NCBI GenBank assembly: GCA_907165135.1
Contig: OU015567.1
Span: forward strand, 13,144,001-13,208,000
Origin: Oikopleura dioica
Taxonomy: Eukaryota > Animalia > Chordata
DNA length: 64,000 nt
Direction of reading: 5' to 3'
In this document: piece after piece, positions 1 to 11,020 of the stretch
Layout: each line of letters begins with the position of its first letter
How positions within the stretch are numbered: the stretch's first letter is position 1
Position numbers and translations under genes: made by a program
The notes under the pieces: model-generated
What the model was told of the DNA's origin: nothing
The model's input: the letters and a program-made list of their open reading frames with translations, nothing else
The model's database searches: none

Positions 1-117
1 ATATTTATCGTCGCTGTGCTGGTCATCATATTTTACCTACTTTGCTGTTGCTACAAGAAAATCACGAACCATAGAAGGGAAAGATACTCAAGAGGAAATG
101 CCAGTGAAAATGTTTAG
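1..117 (+). CDS. 3' end of a membrane protein (TM helix plus short cytoplasmic tail), partial
   Basis: Frame 1 reads IFIVAVLVIIFYLLCCCYKKITNHRRERYSRGNASENV*: hydrophobic helix, Cys cluster, basic stop-transfer residues, TAG at 115-117. Confidence 0.6.
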   Translation: MFIVAVLVIIFYLLCCCYKKITNHRRERYSRGNASENV

Positions 118-798
118 ATAGAGCTCTTTTGCATCAATCATTAATTTCGGACCCAAATTTTCTGACAAATAAATTAAAATTTTTTCCGAGTTATTTTATT
201 CGAAATTATCTGAGACAAGAGTAGCTATCAGATGAACGCCGCTAATACAGTAGATGACTGTATGATAATGGTTGCCTGACCTTGAGACAGAGTGAGAGGG
301 TGCTCGGGCCAATAAGCGAGGGGCGAGGGTGGCTTTCCAATTCAGCGCTCTCCCGAGTCCGCCTCTTGTTTTCAACTCGAACTGCGCTGCTTTTCAGATT
401 CCGAGAACTGTTTCGCTACTGAAGCAAATTTGGCCGCAGAGATTTTTCTTCCGGAAGAATTTCCTTGCTCTACAAACTTGTGAAAAAACAGATGATTCTT
501 CGAACTTTTTATTCTTTATTTTTAATTAATTTCTGATTTTTTTACTAAAATATTTTAGAATTAAAATTGTCGTCTATAGCATATCAATTAATCCATGTAT
601 AAATAGAAAATTGATAAAATCTCAAAAATAGCAAGTTCAAGAGCCACTTCCGTCTCAAAACTGGGGCTAATCCCTGTATTTTTCAATTATCGAGATTTCT
701 CCAGTACGATCAAAGTCAATTTCAGACTGTGTGTATTGTTGCTGCGCAAGAAGCACTTACGAAAGAGGGTTGAGTTTTTTCCTGCACCGAGTAATTGT

Positions 799-1541
799 AT
801 GAACAAAAGCCAGTGCTGCGCCGCTGCTAATGAGTGCCAAGAAGAAACGTCGCAAAATAGCCGTCAATCCGGCCCTGGCCAAGGTCGGAGAGTGCGGCCC
901 GCAGTGTAAGAAAAGACAAATGGCCAACAAAATGATTATGGACAATGACAAACGACAAGTAAGTTCACCTCCTTTTTTCTAATGAAAACTTCAATCCCCA
1001 TTTCAGAGCTTCTCGAATCGGCTCCAAGCTCCAACCCTGGTCACTTTGGACGAACCAGGAGCACTTCTGCCCGAGCTAGGCGAGGAAACTGCGATCGATG
1101 TCAATGTCCATGGAGTTTGCCACGCACTACAATTTGGTATGACAAGTTCAACGAGCGAACCGATTTCTGACTGTCTTTTTTAGAATGCCTGCTTTTTGAA
1201 AAAGCAAAGGTGATCGTCGTGGAGGGCAATTCCGAGGCTACAGCTTCAAAACAGGCTTTCGTCGAACTTCTGAGGTAAGAAGAGGAATTCTATTATTGAT
1301 GGAAGTTGACCATACATATGTATAGTTTTTGCGAAGACGAGTTACAGTATCAAAGCTGCATGATGGCGATCCCCAAGAATCGATCGGACCTTCGAACGAC
1401 AGGTACACCTACTAGCATCATTAAAACAAAATTCTTATGGCCTATTTAGTTCGAAATTTGTGTCAATTTCTTGACTTCGAGCTCATCCCTCCCGCCGCCG
1501 GTTGGAGCGAGGATCACATCTATCTCGCCTTGGACTTCTGA
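799..1541 (+). CDS. OAZ: Ornithine decarboxylase antizyme (ORF1 799-909 overlapping +1 ORF2; 5 exons)
   Basis: GT-AG introns (959-1006, 1137-1183, about 1275-1325, about 1402-1449) join to ...ASKQAFVELLSFCEDELQYQSCMMAIPKNRSDLRTTVRNLCQFLDFELIPPAAGWSEDHIYLALDF*, matching the ODC_AZ pattern (SK..LL.F.E....; FL.FE..P). Stop at 1539-1541. Confidence 0.85.
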
Positions 1542-2367
1542 GCTTCTTGTTCAAATCTCCGAATCTTCTGCTCCTCAATGTTCATCTCTAAATGTTCAAA
1601 ATTAAACTTTAACAACACGAATAATGAAGATTACCATCATCTCATTACAAAATAGCCTCGTTTTCTCGTCGTTCCAATTCTCAATTTTTTTAATCCAGAT
1701 TCATAAATCAGCGTTTTCACGGCGATAAATTCAAGTTTTATTTAATAAGATAGGCATCAAGAAAACGAACCATCAAATGTCGCCTCAAGATCAAAGTTAA
1801 TTTTTCATTTTTCTTCAAATTTAATTTAAATTTCTAAAAGATTTTTAGAAATTCGACTATTCATTTTTACTAATAATAACTGATGTTTTATGGCTCATTT
1901 CAAGCGCGCTTATGTCTTTTACTCGGTTTTCAAATTTCAAATTGTTCATTTTTGTCAAGTTTATTCTCCAGTTTCTCAAGTTCTTAAGTTTTCTCATCTC
2001 CTTTCCGAATAATAAACTTTTGACCGTTCTTAATATTTATCATCTGCGTGTCTTACTTTTGAATATAAAAAGTGGATGATTGATTGACTGATATTCGGAA
2101 TCAATCAAATTTCCACGTAAGCTGTCGGAATAAGGGCGCGCTTTTGTCACTTGGAGTGTTTATCCCCAATTGTTGGGTACAGTCGTTTTTTGAAGAAAAA
2201 ATAAGTAACGCGCCACGGGCGAAATCTTCTTTTTTTGGCAACGGAAGAAACTTTTTCACTTTTTGCGATCTAAAAATAGAGTTGAAAAGAAAACGCGGAA
2301 GGGGCAGAAAATGAGAGCAAATTTTCAAAACGAATATCCGTTCAGAAATGAGAGAATTATTGAAAAG

Positions 2368-5300
2368 ATGAAAGTTACAATCGCTTTCGGGTACACCAGG
2401 GTCGTTGTGCCAAGTCAATCGAGCCAGACTGTTCACGAACTTATGCAACAAGGTATGGAAATTCGATATATATTGGGACCTTTGACCTCAAATCTCAATT
2501 TTACGAGGTTTGAAGTATAAGGGTCCGTCAAATAAAGTGACCTAAAAAGATCGAATTTGATGTCTTTTATGAAAAATTATTGTTTTTAATTCTATTTTTA
2601 TAATTGTTCTTTTGAAGCTGCCTACCGCTATCTGAAATTGCTCAACAAAAACTGCCATGTATTCAAATTGGAAACTTCGGACGGCGCCCTGCTGTGCGGC
2701 GACGATTTGGTTCAAGACGTCGTTGACGACAAAGAAATCCTCGTCGCAGTCTACGACGAAGAAGAAGAAACACTAGAGGACACGACACCTGGGCTGATGT
2801 CCTCGCCTTATTGCCACCCGCGGCTGGCCGGAGAAGCTTCCCTCGGACTCAGTCCCATTCAGAATCCGAACCATCAAAGGTGAGAAAATGTCGGACGCGG
2901 AAGTCGCCGAGCTTTGAAGAGCAGATTTTTAACACCCCGAAAGGAGCTAATTTTACATCCGCGGGAGAAAGATGAGTGATTCATCATCCCTTCGAATAAT
3001 CCTTCTGATCTGCTCGTGACTCATCAACCGATCCCATGACCGGGTGAAAGGAGAATGACTGTGTTTTAGGCTTCAAGAGGAACCGGCTACTTCGAGTCCA
3101 CTGAACTCCATCGCGGAAATATCCACTTTCTCCCGCGGTGGAATGAATAGATCGAGACATTCCCTGAGAAGCAGCGAGTTTGACTATGAAAAGTTCCGCA
3201 GCGAAGGACACAATTTAGACGAGAACAAAGACGACGAGGGATTTTACTCGGACGCAACGATTTCAGTCTATTTTCAGGTTTGTAAATTGCGTCAAAGTTG
3301 ATAAGATGATTCAAATCAAGTGAATCTTTTCTTGATAGACAGTAAGTTTAATGAGTTTGATTCAGCATTCAACTATTTTGAAAATCAACCGAGATCCTCG
3401 TGATGAGATGAGAATCGAATTCAGCGATTGGAAAAGCTCAAGATCTGATGGAGCAGTTTTGGGACTCAAAGTTGCTTCAGTCAGAAATGCCAATAGAGAG
3501 CAGTTCTTTTTTCCTGGCGACGGAATTCTAGAAGGTCAGGGGTTGATTTTATTGTTACAGTCGGTTCGATCCTGTCAGTTATTGACCCAGTTACAGTAAA
3601 CAACATTTCGCTTGCCTCTGGATCGCTCAGGAATGGTTCACGAGGATTATTCTGTAGACTGCGAAATGCAGTATTTCACGAAACAGCGCCAATAATATTT
3701 TCTCTTAGGGGGTATTATTGACTCAATTTGTCTATGTCTACTCTGACGTGACGCAGCTTCATTTTTTAACTGCTCGTGAGCCAAGGTGTTAGTTCACGAA
3801 ACGAATTTGTTCAAAAAGCATTCAAAGAGCCTTCAATCGTACTCAGAGTGGTGACGCAAGACGTCATTCAAGAGATACAATCACTGGAATCGAGGTTAGT
3901 CCAGTTTAAACTTTCCAATCGCTCGTAAAAATAGCTTTATGTCTCATTTCCGCAGGCTTTTATTTTATTATTTACGCCTTTATTTTCTGAGTTATGACTC
4001 GATGAGTGAAAAGAGAAGCTTTGTAATGTAGCTTTTTATATAGAAACTTGCATTTTTCTTACTAGATCTTTTCAGTCTTATGTCCGATGATGCTCGCGAC
4101 GAGCAACATCTTGAGAATTCCTCAAATTTCGAGCTCAAAGCCGCTACAAATGTAATAAACGCGAATAGAAGAACAGGACGCTGGAAAAAGCTGGAGATAG
4201 AAGTCTTCAAAGGAAACAGCGGCCTGGGATTCACAATTACTTCCAGAGACACTGCTCTTTCAGGTACCTTTTCTTCATGAATTTGATGGATATTGTTTGT
4301 CCAGCGAACCGAGGAGTATCGCCGTTGATTGTGAATCGAATTCTACCCGACAGTGCAGCTCAATCCAGCGACTTACAGATAGGCGACAAGCTACTGAGCA
4401 TCAATGGCGACGATATTTCCTCACTGACTCAATCCCAAGTCGTGAAACTCTTAAAAGCATGTCCAAGCGGTGCTTTGGTTTCGCTAGGAATCTCCCGCCA
4501 AGTTCGAAAGGAGCGAAAATGCGCGCCAGAATCAGAAAACGAAGAAGATAAATTCACAGTTCACTCAAAAGTCTTGGAAATGTTCAAAGGCCCAACCGAA
4601 GTGTGCTCATTCAATATTCCGATGGTGAACACGAGTTTGGGCATTCAGCTGAAAGGAACTAATTCCGATAAACATTCCACGCTTTCTGGTTTATTCGTTG
4701 ACAAAATTTTAACGACAGGCGCTGCGTTCAAGGTTAGTACCGGTAGAAATCGGGCTGCGGGCTGAATACGATCACTAGAAATAAAATAGAAAGGAATTTT
4801 TTCATTTGATAGTTGCCTTTATGGTCGAAAATATTTTCTCTAATGAATTTTGAAATATTCGTTAGCAAGTTGTGTAGATCTGCTCCATTCAGTTGTACTC
4901 CTACAGGGTCCAAGTAAAGTCCATCCATGTTCTTGAATTTGTCGCTCCAGACCTTTACATCATCGAGAATCTCTTCAAAAATTAGTGATCAGAAAGAATT
5001 GATATCGAGTGGTACCGTTCATATTTCGTTGTTGAAAATCAGCGTCGACATATCCCAGGACTTGGGTTTGACCTGAAGTCGCAGAATCTACACAGGCCTG
5101 GATCGCTTCGATTTCTGTGTCGTCGATTTTTACTGGAGCATCTCGTGTCTGAGTTTCGATTTAATAAGCATTCGACTTTCTTGCCCTGATTTCTTACCTG
5201 AACCACGATATTCACATTGGGTCCCCCATGGCGTAAGCTGAGCCAGAATGAGTCTCTGCACTTTTTCTCCCCGGTATGATCCTAGAAAGTTTTCTTTACA

Positions 5301-7609
5301 CTGCCCTGTTTTCTTTACATTACCTCGTCGACAGACGGCCAGAAAAAGAGAGGAACATAGAGTTTCTGTTTCGGAGCACATTCTGGAGGAAGCGGAATTT
5401 CAGCCTCAACAGGGTCGGTTGTTATTCCTTCCAGCGCGTCGTTCATGCTGTCCATGATTGTTTGGATTAGTTCTTGGTTTGATGAGTGACCGACTCCATG
5501 TGGCTCTTGCGGGGATGATGTAGGGTAGGTCTTGAGAATATCATAACGGGTTGAATGAGGTTATTATACAGTACCTGAATTGATACTGGGTAATGATGAT
5601 CAGCGTCATTAGCGTTATGGACATCAACGAGTGGCACGGGCGCGACGTTGTCATTGATGTGAATACCATTCTGGGAGAAAGTTGGGACGAGTTCTATTTT
5701 GCCACTTGCACATTCTTCTCGTGTATCTTGAAAGTGCCGAAGCGATTTATCTTTCGCGATGCATCTGTTTTTGTACTCCTCGATCTCGCACTGCACACCC
5801 CCTTTATTTCATTGAAATTAACTTATTTTTCTGAGTAGACTTACCATCGAAACAACAAGCACAGTTATTTCCTAGTTCAGGTTTCCATTCACACACGCAA
5901 GATGATTTCTTTTTCGTCCAAATTTTAAAAGGAGCCAGTTCAGAATTATCTGCTGTGCAGATATTTTTATCGAGGCAGTCATAGCATCGATGTTTGTTGT
6001 GAATTCCGCATTGACACGCTCCCTATGATTTTCCATTTTCAATCATATGAAACTCGACTTACATTGACGCATTCTGCACAATCGGTCCTTGTCTTATCGA
6101 AATCACAGATTCCATCGGAGTATTTCTTCACAAAAATCTCCAAGGCTTCTCATCATCATCGTCGTGCATACCCACCATGTGTCTTGATGGAGAAAACGAG
6201 CTATCAATCTTTCCGATCTTTAAAAATATCGAAAATATTGTCAATTTTTTCATTTTTCGTGCTTCTCTCACTTTGTTCTTAGGCTAAGGCCAGTTTCTAC
6301 AAGTACCTTTTCTGGACTACATGAATAATAAAGCGAGCTACCGGACATTAGAAGCTGATTAAACATTTGCAATGCCCCTTGTAGTACTCGGCAAAGATCA
6401 CTGTTATTAATTTTCAGTGAAATAACACGTTAGAAGGGAAATTGCTCGTGACGCATTATTTTAGGACGGGCGGATCAAGGAAAACGACAAGATTCTCGCC
6501 ATTAATAATCATTCCCTGCACGGATATGGTGAGTTCATCTTTTTCTTTATCTCTTCAAATTGATTTCTTTAGACAATGAAACAGCACTAGAAGTCATCCG
6601 CCAAAACCTCGCGAGTTATAGTCGCTCCGAAGTTCTCATAAAAGTCGAAAGACCAAAAACATCTGTAAAGAAATCACTCTCATACCCAAACTCGTTCGTC
6701 ATTTCAAAGGTATCTCTCCTCCAGAATACGATTTTTACAACTTTCTCAGCCTCATTCACCCCGGAAAACCGACTCACTTCCTCGACAGTTCAACGATTCG
6801 TACATTATGGCAACTCAGCACGGCATCCGTACATTCTCACTCGACTCCAATTCCGCAAAATCCGGTATCAATAGATCGCAAAGCCTGCACGAGTGCAACT
6901 CCGCTCAAAACAAAATCATCAATAAATGCGATTCAATGAGTTATATAGGTACTGCTTGTCAATACGTATACTTGAACACAAAGCTTGATTTCGATCTTGA
7001 TTTGAATATTCTTTGGAATATTCGATTAAAACAATTTTCAGAGTGCTCGATCGACTCTGAAGAGTCCGACTATCTCGCCTTCGAGCGTGAGAGCTCAATG
7101 CGCAAAAGTTTCCACGAAAATCGCAAGCAATCGAACTCGCCCCCGGCCAAATTCTTCAACATGTATGACGCGTATCGAAAAAAGAAAAACGGTAAATTTA
7201 TCGACATTGTGATCTAATCCTTTCAATTTTATGCAATACTCTTCTCCTAACATTGTAAAATATATTGTTATAACTTCTGTATTGTGAGCTGTTCTTGATT
7301 TCGGAAAAATGGGGTTCAGGAGCGATCGCGCGGATAGTTCGCGGGCTAATCTACAGCGCGGGCAAAAAGGGGCGACCCGCGCGGGCTATGGCGAGAAAGC
7401 GCTCCGCTTCTCAACCAGACGTGTCTCAGGATTTCACCTGGGAGCCACACAGTAAGCTCACACTTACTCCCGTAAAAGTCACAAATCACGGACTGCGGCA
7501 CCCATCACTACTTGCTCAATATTTGAGCGCTTCATCCTTTTTTCGTTCTAATGTTTTCATTGATAATTTTCTTATAGAGCACTATGATTACACTCCAAAG
7601 GTATTCTAG
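2368..7609 (+). CDS. PARD3: Partitioning defective 3 (Par-3/Bazooka), multi-exon
   Basis: N-terminal MKVTIAFGYTRVVVP...LETSDGALLCGDDLVQDVVDDKEILVAVYDE (CR1); PDZ domains (KGNSGLGFTITSRD..., SLGIQLKGTNSD...GAAFK|DGRIKENDKILAINN); aPKC-binding CR3-like LAFERESSMRKSFHE near 7075-7125. 3' end approximate. Confidence 0.92.
4734..6366 (-). CDS. Nested antisense gene in par-3 intron: Cys-rich N-terminus plus spherulin-4/GH135-like domain
   Basis: Minus-strand exons joined by short GT-AG introns give ...LYVPLFFWPS...NVNIVVQ...TQVLGYVDADFQQRNMNEILDDVKVWSDKFKNMDGLYLDP..., resembling spherulin-4 (VPLYVYP; VLGYV...R...DI; DGIFxD). One apparent 1-nt frameshift at 6132-6136; start codon tentative. Confidence 0.7.
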
Positions 7610-8404
7610 TTTTCAAATTCAACTAAACCAAAGGGCATTTTTGCGCGTTTGCAGTGAACGATAATTAATTATCCCGCTTCACTCGAATATTCCATTCTAT
7701 GCATTTGATAACAACAGGGCTTATTAAACATCCTTACAATATTGGTATTTAGAATGTACAGATTTAAAATATCAATTCCACAAAAATATCAATTAATTTC
7801 ATAACTCACCTCGGATGAATTGGTAAAGTATTCTTAGTCCATATTCTTATTGAGTAGATATCTGCTAGAGATATTCTACTTTCTCGATCTATAAATAATA
7901 ATCGACACATTCTTTTTAAAATCTCCTCGTTGATTTCAAAATCCTTGGTGCTTTAGTCAATTTTTTTTCATCACTAAAACATATTATAAAATATATAATA
8001 TGCATGTTTGTTTATTGTTTGCTTATGTCGTCTTTCATGTTGCTTGTTGTTTGAATTCATGTTAACGCCTTCAAAAATATATCCACAATTCATGTTCGCT
8101 TTCTTTCAACTTCCAACTTTGTTGATGGAGCTTTTAGGCAATCATTCCCCGCGTTCGAGATCTATCGAGCGAAATCGACGAGCCACAGAAGGCAACAAGA
8201 TCCACAAACGTTATCAGACGAACGCGTCCGCAAGCTCTACGTCGAGTTTTCAGGTAGCTTCGCAGCCAAAGCCGTGTTTCGATAGAGTTTAGTCTTCACG
8301 TCGATCTTCCAGCTCTTCCAGAGGAAGAACGAGCTCCAACGAGTTCGGAAGCGGTTCAGAGAAGAGCCAGCTACTGCGTCGCTCGGCCAGCTCCGATCGA
8401 GCGA

Positions 8405-9064
8405 GTGTCAGCACCCGTGCCAGTACGAGCGGCGTCAGCTCAATCGGAGCCGCAAGCAACTCCGCTCGCTCGCCGCCGATGGCGCCGTGCTCTTACGACC
8501 CTGGCAGGGAGAGGCCCCCGCCACGAATTACCCCCGCCTCCGCTCCCAGACAGCAACACAACGGCCGACATTTCTACGCGCACTTCAGCGAAGAAGACCG
8601 TCGCAGATATGACCAGTAAGCGAAAACGACTCATAAGGAACTCATCGATTTCAGAATTCGTAAAGCAACGGTGGATCTGGGCCGCCGAAAAGTTGAAAGT
8701 AAAGAAAAAGACGACTGCAAAAACGGCAACGATGCACCCAACTTACGCGCTCTCAGCGGAAAGTACCTCCCAATCGTCACTGAGCCAAAGTATCCAACGA
8801 TCGGCCGGTAGTGCATATATTTTTCTTCGGCTTCAATTTTTATCTAGTGTGAAAATGGCGAATCGGTACCGTTCTCCCGGGACGATCTCTTGTCAAGATT
8901 TCCGACCGCATCAGCCGACGAGCGCCCGGCCCTTCTTTACTCCGGGCGCTTCGACACCGAAATCCTCCGAAACCAAACGATCCAATTCAGTCAACCGCCG
9001 CATAGACTACGATTCAGTTCCTCGCACCATGGGGCCTTCTATTTCTCGTTCAAAAGTTATTTGA
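8405..9064 (+). CDS. Uncharacterised Ser/Pro/Arg-rich protein (exon of a larger gene?)
   Basis: 219-aa ORF, frame open from about 8258, GC-rich relative to flanks, contains PPPPLP; no family recognised. Confidence 0.4.
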   Translation: MSAPVPVRAASAQSEPQATPLARRRWRRALTTLAGRGPRHELPPPPLPDSNTTADISTRTSAKKTVADMTSKRKRLIRNSSISEFVKQRWIWAAEKLKVKKKTTAKTATMHPTYALSAESTSQSSLSQSIQRSAGSAYIFLRLQFLSSVKMANRYRSPGTISCQDFRPHQPTSARPFFTPGASTPKSSETKRSNSVNRRIDYDSVPRTMGPSISRSKVI

Positions 9065-9300
9065 TTGTCAACACGCAAAGAATCACCAATTCCACCTTCT
9101 CATTATTTCCTCTTCTTAAAATATTGTTTTCTGCCTCTACTGCCTTCAACCCTAAATCAGCAACAAATCCACGACTTCACTGTATCTACGAAATACCAAA
9201 AATAAATTCGAGCTTTATTTCAAAGAACTTTTATTGTTTTATGTCATAAATATGAAGTCTATGCAGCAATGGAAGTTTCTTTATAAGCAGTGGAAAAGAT

Positions 9301-10783
9301 TCAATTTTTCCTTTTCATTTCCTTGAGATAATTCGTAAAGCGGGAGCCTTCTCTTCTCAGAAGCTCGCACCGTGCATCTACTTTCGATAAGTCAGAATTG
9401 TCGCAGAGGTGTTCAAGTTCTGCCCGAGCAATTTTAAGTTCTTTGACTTCCGTAGCCATTTTTTCTTTCCCGAAGAGTTCAATTTTCATGTCTAGTTCAG
9501 CACTTGCCGCTTCATAAAGAACAACATCCAGATGATTTTTCTCCAGAATAAATTTCTTAAAATTTGGCTTTAAATCAGCAATTTCATGTCAGAGTAGTGC
9601 TTGTAAAAGTAACCAATTTTTTCTGCTTATGTGCTCGGAGAATAATCATCACGATGAACATGACGGTTATTGATCTCAAAACTGTTTCTACACGATGCTT
9701 ACCGTCAGGTTTTGTGGTAAATCACCGACACCAAAGGTCTTTGCCGCGGAGTTGTCCTTTGCTTTTAGTGACAGAATATCATCTAGTTTTAGATGCCACA
9801 TGTCTTTGAGGAGAATGAGGCATTCATCGAAACGCTCAGTCAGCAGAATCAGGTCGTAGTATTCTACCGCCCATTGAGATGCTTCTTCGATTGTCGCTTT
9901 TTGAGGATCGATTCTGGACAGACCCAGATCGAACGTATTTTGACTTACGAAATTCTTGGAGGTCTCCCACGGAGAGCCAGGGAAAATCTGATTTCCTTCC
10001 ATTTTCATAAGTGCTCGCTGAAAGTCTTCGATGCTTCTTTCTTTGACACCAAATTTTGACCAGGCGGAGAAAAAATAGTGGAAATGCGAAACCACTTGTC
10101 CCAGAGGATGGCGGATTATAGTGAGCCTAGAGGCATTCGGAAGGACTTGATCTACGAATGGACTCTTTTCACGGGCTTCGTATAGTTAATCTTGATTAAT
10201 CTTTCGAGGATTCGTCAAGCCTGCTTACATTTGCATAATTTATATTTCAAGATATCCTGGCCACCGTGAATAATCGGCGTTTATTTTTACAACGCAAATC
10301 CTTTTCGACAAATACGAAGTAATTGAAGTCCTTAGGCCCGTCCCCAGTTGTTATGATTCGCGATAACGTCGTAATTTTCGTCAGGTTCATCCGTACAACC
10401 TTTGTGAAATCCGGAGTTCCCTTCGCATAACACTACACCATGGGGAGGAAAGCCGATTGTAAGGTTCCTTGACATGGCATATCTTTTTTGATGGTTGAAA
10501 CGATGAATACATAATAAATTATTATTAGCAATCTAAGTCTATTTCCGTGTTAAACTGTCCTGAAAATGATGCTCTGGAGAGTTGATCCTCCTGTTTTGTG
10601 GGTTTTGCAAAAATAAATTTGTTTTGGGTTTTCTCTTTTCCATTCGACAGCTTTGTCAAATTTAGCGGGCAGCTTATCTTCTTTAGAATATCTCTGATGC
10701 AAGTTGTTCGCGTTTATGATAATTAATAATACGCATAAAAAACTTATAACAATAGACTTCAGGGAAAAGAACTTTTCAGACAT
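9301..10783 (-). CDS. GAL3ST: Galactose-3-O-sulfotransferase family, type II membrane protein
   Basis: N-terminal TM; 5'-PSB motif YFCKTHKTGGSTLQSIIFR; FDLG; YDLILLTERFDECLILLKDMW; C-terminal CELLRREG...YLKEMK*. Confidence 0.88.
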
Positions 10784-11020
10784 GTCTGATCTAGACTTGT
10801 TAGATTGTCCGGCTTTTCACAATTTCTTGATCTCTCTCAGCTCTCGCGCGCCGCTTATTTTGTTTTCATGATCACGAACAAATAGTACTCTTGAATAACG
10901 AGAAGTGCCTTTTAGACCACTATTGCCGGTATAATCGAGACAAAATTGACAGATAAGGCTCATAATGCTAATATAATTCCGCCAAGTTGTAAAATTTTAT
11001 TATCCAGCTATTACGAAGGA

